Source: Mobula hypostoma (Eukaryota). From it: a stretch of 64,000 nucleotides of DNA. The stretch is taken from NCBI RefSeq assembly GCF_963921235.1, contig NC_086109.1:18416001-18480000 (forward strand), in the 5' to 3' direction. Of this stretch, positions 53,507-64,000 are shown in pieces (positions within the stretch are counted from its first letter, which is position 1; every line of letters begins with the position of its first letter). The translations under genes were made by a program, and so were the position numbers. The notes under the pieces were generated by a model that worked only from the letters and a program-made list of their open reading frames with translations, had not been told where the DNA came from and did not search any database.

Positions 53507-54059
53507 TACTCAGTGGGCTTCTGTACCTAATGAAGTGGCCACTGAGTGTACCTTCATGGTCTTCTGCTGCTGTAGCCCACCCACGTCAAAGTTCAATGCA
53601 TTGTGCCGTCGGAGGGCTCGTTTGCACACCACTATTGTAACGTGTGGTTACTTGAGTTACTGTCTTCTTCCTGTCAGCTTAAACCAGTCTGGCCATTCTC
53701 CTCTGAGTTCTCTCATTAACACGCATTTTTGCCCATGGAACTGCTGCTCACTGGACGTTTCTTCTTTCTCACACCATTCTCTGTAAACTCCAGAGAATTT
53801 TGTGTGTGAAAATCCCAGGAGATCAACAGTCTCTGAGATACTCAAGCCACTCCATCTGGCACCAACAATCATTCCACAGTCAAAGTCGTTTCGATCACAT
53901 TTCTTTCCCCACTCTAACGTTTGATCTAAGCAACAACTGAATCTCTTGACCATGTCTGCATGCTTTTATGCATTGCATTGCGGTCACTTGATTGGCTGAT
54001 TAGATATTTGCATTAATGAGCAGGTGTACCAGTGTACCTAATAAAGTGGCCATTGAATA
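53507..54059 (-). mobile_element. Non-autonomous Tc1 element, same family as 16368-16908
   Basis: GMIVGARWSGLSISETVDLLGFS (paired-like HTH), TIR AAAGTGGCCATTGA, TA flanks. Confidence 0.88.
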
Positions 54060-54751
54060 TATATTTACTGACCCTTACTGTTTTCAACTAGTCATTGCCA
54101 TTCAGAGTTTATGGTGCTGGGAGAGGCCAGACCATGAAAATATTTGAAAACAAGAATATGTCTTTTAAAGCTAGATTTTACTTAAATGAAAGCAGCTATT
54201 CATTAGAAAGCGCTGGGGGAGTGTGCTTAATAATGTAAGCAGGAATAATAGTGCACAATATTCAAGTGTGGTCAGTGATGGACTGAAAGATATGACACAC
54301 ATTCCTACGTCTTCCTTGCCCAATCATTTATGGGCAACCATGCAGGATTTTATCCACACAACAGACTTTTTGGTATCTAAATCTTATTTGTTATCTAAAT
54401 CTTATTTTCTGAACATTTACACATAGCTAATTTAAAGCAAAAGCAAAGCACAATGGAGATCCCAGATGAATCAGTAACAAATAGCACACAGCTCTCATAC
54501 TCAGTTTATATCTCTGAAAATGAACAATGTATGAATACTTTTATTAATCTCTCGGAGGTAGCAATATATTCTGCACTACAGTACCTGATCTTGGGGGAGA
54601 ATAATATTGTCCTTCTAACAAGTCTGAGAACATCAATTCATCTTAAAGGAACAGCAAGAAAGAAAGGCCTGGAACTTATGTCATGGGAGCCTTAGCTCAG
54701 CGGGAAGAAAAGCAGAGAAAATGGAAGGTTATGTACTGTATGTAAAAGTAC

Positions 54752-55636
54752 TGTTACATACCTCAAGGAGATCTGTGATTTTTTTTGTGAGAATGATGTA
54801 ATGGTCTTTTGGAGGTCACCTGATGTAATTTTCCCGCTGATGTGAGGTCACGTGAGGACGTGTTTACCACCGGTATATAAGGGAAAACCGCAGATGACGC
54901 AGTTAGTTTTTTTTAGTTTTTAGTTTTCCAGCTATAACGTTGATGTGTCTCCGTTTCTGTTGCATATTTGTTTTTATGATGCAGTTACATTTTTAAAACG
55001 GAGTATTACGTTCTGTTGCAAGGTACAATAGTGCTGGACTGGAAATTTTTGCTAGATGTGTTGATGTACCTTATTCCAGCAGTAGTACGGGAGAGTGAAG
55101 ACTTTATCGAAGTACAGGACTCGAAGGATTGAGAGGAGTTGATATCGTTCAGCAGTTTAACAAAGAATCGACCTTATTGAGTCTTCGTTGAAGGAGTAGT
55201 GACCTGCATCGAAGATAACTCTTGCCGAAAGAGAAAAGAGTTCATGCAAGGTGCTCGCTAGAATTTAAGGTCAGTTGTTTTAAACTGTTTATTTCCTGCA
55301 TTGTGAATCCTTTGGACAAAACCAACATGAAGGTCACGTCTATGAAGAAATTCTTCTCCAGAGAAGTCTCTCCCAATTGAACGTATAAGTCTGCTGGACT
55401 TTCAAATTTGCCATTTTAAGAACTATATCTGACTTTACCGCTTTAAAAACTGTTTTTGCATTTAACGATTTAAGAACCAGTGCTGAGTGATGACTTGTTG
55501 AACAGCTGCATAGCGGTTAACCTCCGATTAAGGTTTTCATTTGTTTTTTTTTATTGGTTATCTGTGTTTAATAAATGTTTGGTTGTTTTTATACAACCTG
55601 TCTCGATTGATATTAATTGTTGCCGGTTACGTAACA
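54752..55636 (+). mobile_element. Solo LTR, 885 bp
   Basis: TGTTAC...GTAACA ends, perfect TSD GTAC, TATATAA 54874-54880, AATAAA 55570-55575. Confidence 0.92.
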
Positions 55637-56314
55637 GTACATAGAGAAATACAGCACCTACAAGTAAGTATGAAATGTGTAACTAGTAATATATTTTGCA
55701 TGCTTCCATCTTAAAAGTAAAGTTTAGCAACTGTGGATAGCTATGGACAATGTTCAGACTTTACAGTAGTGATTAGGGAAAAAATGATCAAAACAACATT
55801 ATAATGGGACTTGACACAATGGAATAAGGCTCCACCTTCTGCATCTGCTACCATGTGTTAATATTAGAGAAGAAGATATTGTAAAAAATGCTCTTTTTGT
55901 CCCTGCTAGGTAATCACGGGGTTTACAGACTTTGGACGTACTGTGCATGCACACATGATAGAGTTGTAAGAGTCTTTTTTTGAAAAATGGAATTGTGATG
56001 TGTTCTCATTTGTTCACAATAATCATGAGCATATGGCCCAGCAATAATTCTAATCATCCCATTTATGTAATGCTTTCAAAACAAAATCAATGCAGGATAT
56101 TAACAGACAATGCTGGGGATAGTTAATAGGTCAGGTAGCATCTGCAGAGAGGGAGAGAGAGAGAGAGAAAATTGGGGTAACACTTCAGGTCAATGACCTT
56201 TTATGAGAATAGTGAATTAAAGAGGCAAGGAAATTGCTTTGGAGTTGAAGAGCAAGTTGCGTTATTGCAGAATTTGCTAATTTGCTATACAGGACAAAGT
56301 TCCTTCTACTTTTT

Positions 56315-56500
56315 TCCTAAAATAATATCATGAGGTCACTGACGTACACTTGAAGAGGGCAGACAGAGCTTAGTTAATGTTCTCACTGGCAGTTCTAACA
56401 GTGCAACACTCCCTCTGGCATCAGCTTAATTACCTGTCCAGTCCCCAAATAGGGGTGTGAATCTTTCAAATACTGTTCCAGAATACAGGTTGTAATGAAG
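56315..56500 (-). mobile_element. Ancient Deu-domain SINE remnant (AmnSINE1/SacSINE1-like)
   Basis: GAGGGCAGACAG and ACAGTGCAACACTCCCTC resemble the Deu domain as I recall it. Confidence 0.55.
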
Positions 56501-57109
56501 TCATTGACATCCGATATGGTGATTGTGGTGAAGGGGCTGTGGGGAGGGCAGGGGAGGCATTCTTTTCATGCCAGTTCCGACCCTGGAGTATCATTGCTGG
56601 AGAAGATCTGTTCAAGGCTACCCCTGTGCTGGAGGGCGGAATGACTCGTGCCGCGACACAGCCCTGTGACTGAAGGATTTCCGTGCAGCAGGCAGCCTTG
56701 ATTTATAATCTTTGTTGCTAAATTCAGACTCTGATTATCATGGTCAATTTGCAACAATTAGTGATACAGAGGCATAAACACAGAGGCCTCGTGCTGGCAT
56801 TCAGTGCTTTCAGCTTTCATTCTGCTTGTTCAATATCCTGGTAGATTTAGAAAGTATGTGGGTTAGCATCAATGCTGGGCACTGTTTTCACTTCGTATGA
56901 TTCTTAGCCTTCTGAAAACTGCAAAATGAATTTTTTAAAAAATTATTGTGTTCATCATCTTACTTTGCGTGTGTGGCTTTTCTTGTGTTGCATCAGATCT
57001 GGAGTAACAATTATTTTGTTCTCACTTGTGTACTGGAAATGACATTAAACAATCTTGATCTTGGCATCAGCACTTATATCAAGATCCATTAAGTTAATTA
57101 AAAGAATAA

Positions 57110-58228
57110 ATACGAGAGATTCTGCAGATCTGGAAATCCATAGTAACACAGACAAACTGCTGAAGGAACTTAGCGAGTCAGGCAGCATCTATAGAGAGGA
57201 ATAAAGAATTGACATTTTGGGCCAAGACCCTTCATCAGGACTCATCAATAGTCCTGATGAAGGGTCTCGGCCAGAAGCATAGAAATATAGAAAACCTTCA
57301 ACACAATACAGGCCCTTCGGCCCACAAAGCTGTGTCCAACATGTTATTGACTTAGAATTACCTAGGGTTACCAATAGTCCTCTATTTTTCTGAGCTCCGT
57401 GTACCTGTCCAGGAGTCTCTTAAAAGACCCTATTGTATCCACCTCCACCACGCCACTGGCAGCCCATTCCACGCACTCACCACTCTCTGTGTAAAAGACT
57501 TACCCCTGACACCTCCTCTGTACCTGCTTCCAAACACCTTATAACTATGCCCTCTTGTGCTAGCCATTTCAGCCCTGGGAAAAAGCCTCTGACTATCCAC
57601 ACGATCAATGACTCCCATCATCTTACACACCTCTATCAGGTCACCTCTCATCCTCCGTCGCTCCTAGGAAAAAAGGCCGAGTTCACTCAACCTATTCTTC
57701 TAAGCCATGCTTCCCAATCCAGGCAACATCCTTGTAAATCTCCTCTGCACCCTTCCGAGAGTGAGGCGACCAGAAATGAGCACAGTACTCCAAGTGGGGT
57801 CTGACCAGGGTCCCATATAGCTGCAACATTGCCTCTTGGTCCTAAACTCAATCACATGATTGATGAAGGCCAATGCACTGTATGCCTTCTTAACCACAGA
57901 GTCAACCTGCGCAGCAGATTTGTGTGTCTTATGGACTTGGACCCCAAGATCCATCTGAACCTCCACACTGCCAAGAGTCTTACCATTAATACTATATTCT
58001 GCCATCATATTTGACTCACCAAAATGAACCACCTCACATTTATCTGGGTTGAACTCCATCTGCCACTTCTCACCCCAGTTCTGTATTCTATCAATGTCCT
58101 GCTGTGACAGCTCTCCACACTATCCACAACACCACCAACCTTTGTGTCATCAGCAAATTTACTAACCCATCCCTCCACTCCACTAAAAAGCATTGACTTT
58201 TATTTCTTTCTATAGATGCTGCCTGTCT
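57110..58228. mobile_element. Palindromic Penelope-type element split by a CR1 insertion (57281-58187, minus strand)
   Basis: Inverted arms centred at about 57246; CR1 RT and 3' fragments; TSD AAGCAT (57275-57280, 58188-58193). Confidence 0.85.
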
Positions 58229-58414
58229 CATTGAAAGAATGATGGTCACAAAGTTCTGCCTGTGAAAGGTAAAGTTCATATCCCACTCCGTGACACGAGG
58301 TCGTGTTGTACTGGCAGAGATGTTGACGAAGAGCTAAGACTATGGTGAGCGGCAGATTGCCCACATCTGGTGCTTGTCAAAAACCCCTAAATCTGACTCC
58401 TCATCCTTTTTTAC

Positions 58415-58555
58415 TCCAGTCCTGATGAAGGGCCTCATCCTGAAATGCCAATAGTACTCTTTTCCATAGATGCTGCCTGTCCTGCTGAGTTCCTCCAGCA
58501 TTTTGTGTGCATGTTACTTGGATTTCCAGCGTCTGCAGATTCTCTCTTGTTTGTA
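58415..58555 (+). repeat. Penelope-type terminus with hammerhead core
   Basis: CAGTCCTGATGAAGGGCCTCATCCTGAAA followed by the GATGCTGCCTG..CCAGCATTTTGTGTG motif. Confidence 0.75.
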
Positions 58556-59662
58556 ACAGAATATGTCTCTTTGTCCATTCACTACACGATCATCCTGAGC
58601 TCTAATATCCGTTTTAACTGTTCTGACTCTTTCATTAAATGCTCTTAATCAGATTCAAACACTAGAAATTCTACTTTAATATTTGTAAAGTGTTTAAGAT
58701 GATATATGTGCAGTACTCTTGATGTAATTTGGGGTCAGGGAAAATCTCAGAAAGCTGATGACCTGTTGGACATTTCCATCAGCAAACTGCTATTAGATTT
58801 TCATTTATATTCATGCCTCGTGTAGAAGACTCATGTAAATCTTTAAGGACTCTAGGGATAAAATAAAAATTCTCATATCCATGTAAGGTTTATTCTAATA
58901 AGGAAATTAAAGAAATATTTCTGATGGGCTTTGTACCCAGCCACAGGAGGAAGACAGGTCTTATGATGTCAGAAGTACTTTCAGTGACAGCAATTGAGAT
59001 CTCAATATTTTCCTGACTCTGCCATAGATTTGCAGAATAGATCTTCAGGAATGTGACCAGAATAGATTGGAAGGTTTTGGAGTTGGTCAGCACAAACAGG
59101 AAATTCAAAGACCTCGCACAGGCAGTCTGAGTTTGAACATGTCTATGTGAAAGCAGAACTCTCTGACCCATACTCTGGCAAAAGCTACTGACGCTCTATG
59201 TGTATGTTCCGAGTTTATTTCAGAGTAAGCCAAATCAGAATCAGGATGTTATCACTGACATATGTCAAGAAATTTGATGTTTTGAGACATTGCCTTTTGA
59301 AGATTTTCTGGATGCTGGGGAGGCTAGTGTCCACGATGGTCAATAATGTCCATGAGAAGTTAGAGACTGGAAGTGGTATGGTTTTAAAAGACAGTGCCTT
59401 AAGAAGGCAGCATCTGCCATTAAGGATCCTCACCATCTTGGATATGCCCTCTTCTCATTACTACCATCAGGGAGGAAGTACAGGAATCTGAGGACAAACG
59501 GCTTCTTCCTCATTTCTGAATGGTCCATGAACCCATTAATACTACCTCACTACTGTGGTCTTGTATTATGGTTCACATTATTTATTTAGTCATTTATTTT
59601 AAAAATATATTTCTTATTGTCACTCGTATTTTTTATGTCTGCACTGTACTGCTACTGCAAAA

Positions 59663-61300
59663 TGTTGCCTTCGTCCTCCTATAGCTACTGATGAGACCCG
59701 AAGCCAGCAGACAGGACAAAGCCAAAACTTGAAATACTCCTTTATTCTGTAAAACCTTGCAGCTACAAAACCTCAAACTCAAAACTCAACTGTTTATCCC
59801 AAAGCACGATGTTTAACCGAAGAACATTCGAGATATTGATTGGAATAACGATCAGTTAGTGAAAGTCAGCCTGGGATTGGTTGTCAGCCGACCAATACAA
59901 GTTGGCAGTGAATACTGAAGAGAGATGATTGCTCTCCAAAAATGCTTGTGAGCTGTTGGATAGTTTCATCAAATGATAGGTCACATAGTTTCTTAGGCAA
60001 AGTGAAGTTGAAATAAAACTTACAGTACATTCACTAGTATTCAATTTTTGGAGCCAAGTTCATGTCTTCCACATGTCGTCCATACTGGCGAATTCAACCC
60101 AGAATATATATTTATAACATTTAAGCCATGATTCAAACATAACACCCGATATGGCATTGAACTGGAAGTTGGTAATAGACGCAACAACTGACTCACATGA
60201 GTTCTGTTCAGTGCTAAGCACTGACATTGTTGGACTCACTGATAACCTGCAGCTCAACGTTTCAATTAACTTCAGTTAGCCCACCTCAAATTAAGCTTAC
60301 TGCTATTGCAGAACTGCGTGTAAGTCTTCTGCTGAAATTGGCATGTCATATAATACAACGCCTCATCACCAATTTGTTCTATTCACTCACCTATAATTAC
60401 TCATAAGACCTGAAGACAGGAGATAGAACAATGCCTAAACCTCATTAAACATGACACCGATGACATAGTTACAAATGCCACCATTGTCAATTTCAAATGT
60501 GAAAAGCTCAAGCTGGGTAACACGACTGAATCACAGTTCAAATGTCTGATTTTTATTTGTGGACGAGGCACCTGGCAATGCAAACATTCGCAGACGGTTC
60601 TTTGCCAGACTGGAGCAAGTCTCTGAAAGGACTTTATAAGCTGGCACTCAAGAATGTCTGAAACAGGATTCCAACCTGGTCGAACAGAACCATTTCAATG
60701 CAGTTTCCAGTCACTCAGGCATCAACATTCAGCAAGTAGCCAAACACAGCTTGTTTGAACTGTGGTGTGTGGCATTATGTAAGAAACTGCCAATACAAGA
60801 AACACATTTGCAGCAAGTGCCAAAACCGTGGTCACAAAGGAGGCTTTTGCCATCCTTCACTGTCTTCTCCTCCAGTGATACACAAGGACAAGAAGTTTCA
60901 AAAGCCATCAGGATCTACAAGGAACTTAATGGTCATGTTTAAAGTTGAAGGTAGGTCAATGTATTTATCAACAATCATTTGATCAATCTATAAATTGCTG
61001 CGGTGTCAGACATCACCATTTTTATTTCCAAACACGCGTGGTGAGCACTTGGGTCCCCACCAGTCAAATTATCACATCAGTCCATCTGCAGTGCTTCAGG
61101 TGGAACCCTCGAGCTGATTGGCTGAACGCATTGCATGATGAATTGAGTGGTAACCAGGTCAGTGGTGACTATTATCTAACAGACCAGCCAGACCTGAATG
61201 CCCTTGGCATTGACTGGATCTCTGGAGTATCCCTCTGGATGAAGTCTGTACAAAGACACTGCCATTCAAAAGATGCCATACCACCATCAGTAGCTGTAGG
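59663..61300. mobile_element. Rearranged, degenerate Gypsy element (LTR ends, PBS, gag, protease)
   Basis: Minus strand: LTR end 60375, PBS TGGTGATGAGG, gag 60344->59902. Plus strand from 60429: QCLNLIKHD..QFKCLIFICG, knuckles CGVWHYVRNC..CSKCQNRGHKGGFC, protease-like remnant. Confidence 0.8.
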
Positions 61301-62347
61301 CAAGCAAACACCAGATATGTCACTGATAATTAACCTGCTCCTGATTCTGTTATGAAGGACCTATTGTATTTTGAAGGAAATGTCTTACAGCTGTTCGACC
61401 TAGGTTCTAACACTGTACCCTGATGTCAAGTTGAGGCAAATATTTGGCTGCAACATGTACGTATAAATATTGTAAACCTATCGCTTTGGAACAGAGATGT
61501 GCCTTAATTAAAGGAATTACCATTGTGAACTGTGTGGATTTTTTCTGTAGATGGATAGCTTTAATCTTGTCCCAAATCATAGAGATGGCTGCAGATAGGC
61601 ATTATATGGAACTTAAAAAGGCCACAGTGGGTGGGAGGTGCTTTAGATGAATGGAGAGTAGCAGTGTGTGTCTTCATTCAGGGGGAGAGGCACGTGAGTG
61701 ATGAGCGGGTACAGACTATATGGAACGTGGAGCAGTACGGCACAGTAAGTGTCCTTCAGCTCATGATGTTTTGTCAACCTTTTAACTTACTCCCGCAATC
61801 AATCTAGCATTTCTCTTCCACATAACCCTCCATTTTCTTCAAGCTACATGCCTATCTAAGAGTCTCTTAATTGCCCTAGTGTATCCGCCTCACCCACCAC
61901 CATTAAGTGCATCTACATGGAGCGTTGTCACAGGAAAGCAGCATCTATCATCAAGAACCTCCAGGCTATATGCTTTCTTCTTGCTGCTGCCAACAGGAAG
62001 GAGGTACAAGAGCCTCAGGGCTCACACCACCAGGTACAGGAACAATTATTACCCCTCAATCATCAGGCTCTTGAATCAGAAGGGATAACTCTGTCAACTT
62101 TATTTGCCCCATCATGTAACTGTTCCCACAACCTACGGACTCTCATTCAAGGACTTTTCATCTCATGTTCTTGATATTTATTGCTTGTTTATTTATTATT
62201 ATTATTATTTTCTCTTTTGTATTTGCATTGTTGTTCTCTGGCACATTGGCTGTTTGTCCTGTTGGCTGTGGTCTTGCCTTGATTCTATTGCATTTCTTGG
62301 ATTTACTGTGTATGCCTGCAAGAAAATGTATCTCAGGACTATACATA

Positions 62348-63007
62348 GAGGAGGGAGGAGAAGATGGCGGCGCGATGCAGCGCACGCGGCCATTCCGAAT
62401 GAATATCGATATGTGTAACTAGGGGCCGTGCATCAATCCAGATTTGATGGGGATAGCTGTGAAAGCACAGAGGAACATCTGGAGTAACTTCTGAAATGCC
62501 TGCTTCGCTGCCACCGCTACTGTGCGATCGAGAATCTCCGGAGACGAAGGACCCAAATCCTTGGCTTTGCCTATTGCCTGTTGCCGGGGCCCGGGTCAAA
62601 ACACTCGGTAGAGATGGTGCTCGGTACATCCATGGCAGGAGGTGGTCAGAGGCTGGGAGAGTTTTTTGGACGGACTCGGAGTCGGACTGTGGTCGGATGC
62701 TTCCGGGCTGCTGCACCGGCAAGTTGGCGGTGCTGGAGGTTTACCGTCTGCGTGAGATGATGGTACTTTGAGAGACTCTGAGAATCTTACTGTGCCATGG
62801 TCTGTTCTTATCAAATTACGGTATTGCTTTGCACTGTTATAACTATATGTTATAATTATGTGGTTTTTGTTAGTTTTTAAGTTGGTTTGTCATGTGTTTT
62901 CGTGATATCATTCTGGAAAAACATTCTTATCATTTCTTAATGCATGCATTACTAAATGACAATAAAAGGGGACTGCGTGTCCTCATAATCATAATTATGA
63001 TAATAAT
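62348..63007 (+). mobile_element. Young CpG-rich non-autonomous retroposon nested in a Rex tail
   Basis: 5' AAGATGGCGG at 62361, AATAAA plus ATA/ATC-repeat tail, host tail continuous across it, possible TSD CATA. Confidence 0.7.
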
Positions 63008-63729
63008 CATATGTCCTTTGCTAATAACTTTACTTTGAACCTTGAACCACTGACAACGTGTTCCATACAAACACTAATCTCTGTGGAGAAAACTCATGTT
63101 GGATCTTCTCCAGCCTAGAGGAATCATGTAAGTGTGGCACCTCCCAATACAGCACCTCCCTTGTCCTGTCTCAACTCGTTCCGGTAGCCTGCCCTAGGAA
63201 GCCTCTACCACAACACCCAGAGCATTTGTGAGTTAGTTTGGAAGAAGGCAACTTCAACATAGGTGAATAACATTCTGACACCCAAGTGACAGACTGCATC
63301 AAATCCATTGCCCAGGATTTTGACTTGAATACAACGCCCTGTGGGCATTTGGCCTTTATGATAGAGGGTGCAGTGGTAGTATCATCCTGAAAGGGAAATA
63401 ATGATGCCCAAGAATGGAAAAAGCCTACAAAAATTGGTGCACACAGCCCAGTCCATCACAGGCAAAAACCTCCCCACCACTGAGCACATCTATGAGGGGC
63501 ACTGCTACAGGAAAGCAGAATCCATCAGCAAGAACCCCCACCATCCAGGCCATGCCATGCTCTCTTCTCACTGGGGAGGAGGTACAGGAGCCTTGTGGTC
63601 CCACATTACCAGGTTCAGGAACAGTTATTACCCATCAACCATCGGGCTCCTGAACCAACGAGGATAACTTCTACTTCAGTATTCGCCCCATCACTGAATT
63701 GATGCCACAACCTATGGACTCACTTTCAA

Positions 63730-63947
63730 GCAACACACATCAAAGTTGCTGATGAATGCAGCAGGCCAGGCAGCATCCCTAGGAAGAGGAACAGTCGACG
63801 TTTCGGACCTGATGAAGGGTCTCGGCCCGAAACGTTGACTGTACCTCTTCCTAGAGATGCTGCCTGGCCTGCTGCGTTCACCAGCAACTTTGATGTGTGT
63901 TGCTTGAATTTCCAGCATCTGCAGAATTCCTCGTGTTTACGTTTTTA
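63730..63947 (+). mobile_element. Young palindromic Penelope-derived insertion
   Basis: 82-bp inverted arms and perfect 13-bp TSD GACTCACTTTCAA (63717-63729, 63948-63960). Confidence 0.88.
63809..63841 (+). ncRNA. Minimal type-I hammerhead ribozyme motif
   Basis: CTGATGA-A-GGG-TCTCGG-CCC-GAAA-CGTT-GACTG: catalytic boxes, stem II, palindromic ACGT stem III, GUH site. Confidence 0.75.
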
Positions 63948-64000
63948 GACTCACTTTCAATGTCTCTACAACTCATTTTCCCGGAATTTATTTATTATTT

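Larger units (their letters stand above)
63400..64000 (+). mobile_element. Rex1/Babar 3' fragment
   Basis: LQKLVHTAQSITG..TRFRNSYYPSTIGLLN. Confidence 0.85.

Overview
Eukaryotic, repeat-dominated vertebrate DNA. The repeat mix (HER1-type CR1 LINEs, HE1-like V-SINEs, Rex1/Babar LINEs, abundant Penelope-type termini) points to a cartilaginous fish, probably a ray (inference). I could not identify any complete host gene. The best host signal is a CpG island at about 3.6-5.5 kb with a candidate minus-strand first exon (ATG 4865, donor at 4810). The rest is a dense fossil record of transposons: young and old CR1s, including a near full-length copy nested in a Gypsy element; Rex1, L1 and Tx1 fragments; solo LTRs; Tc1 and hAT deletion derivatives; and several SINE families. 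Most notable: (1) short Penelope-derived elements that carry a minimal type-I hammerhead ribozyme, with one young, hairpin-forming, TSD-flanked copy at 63.7-63.9 kb; (2) a Gypsy element whose gag is split at one codon into two oppositely oriented halves; (3) an adjacent CTCF and ZNF143 motif pair in unique DNA at 42.0 kb; (4) a BED zinc-finger segment bounded by splice sites inside a hAT element. No CRISPR, rRNA or bona fide tRNA gene was seen. Coordinates of degenerate repeats are approximate.
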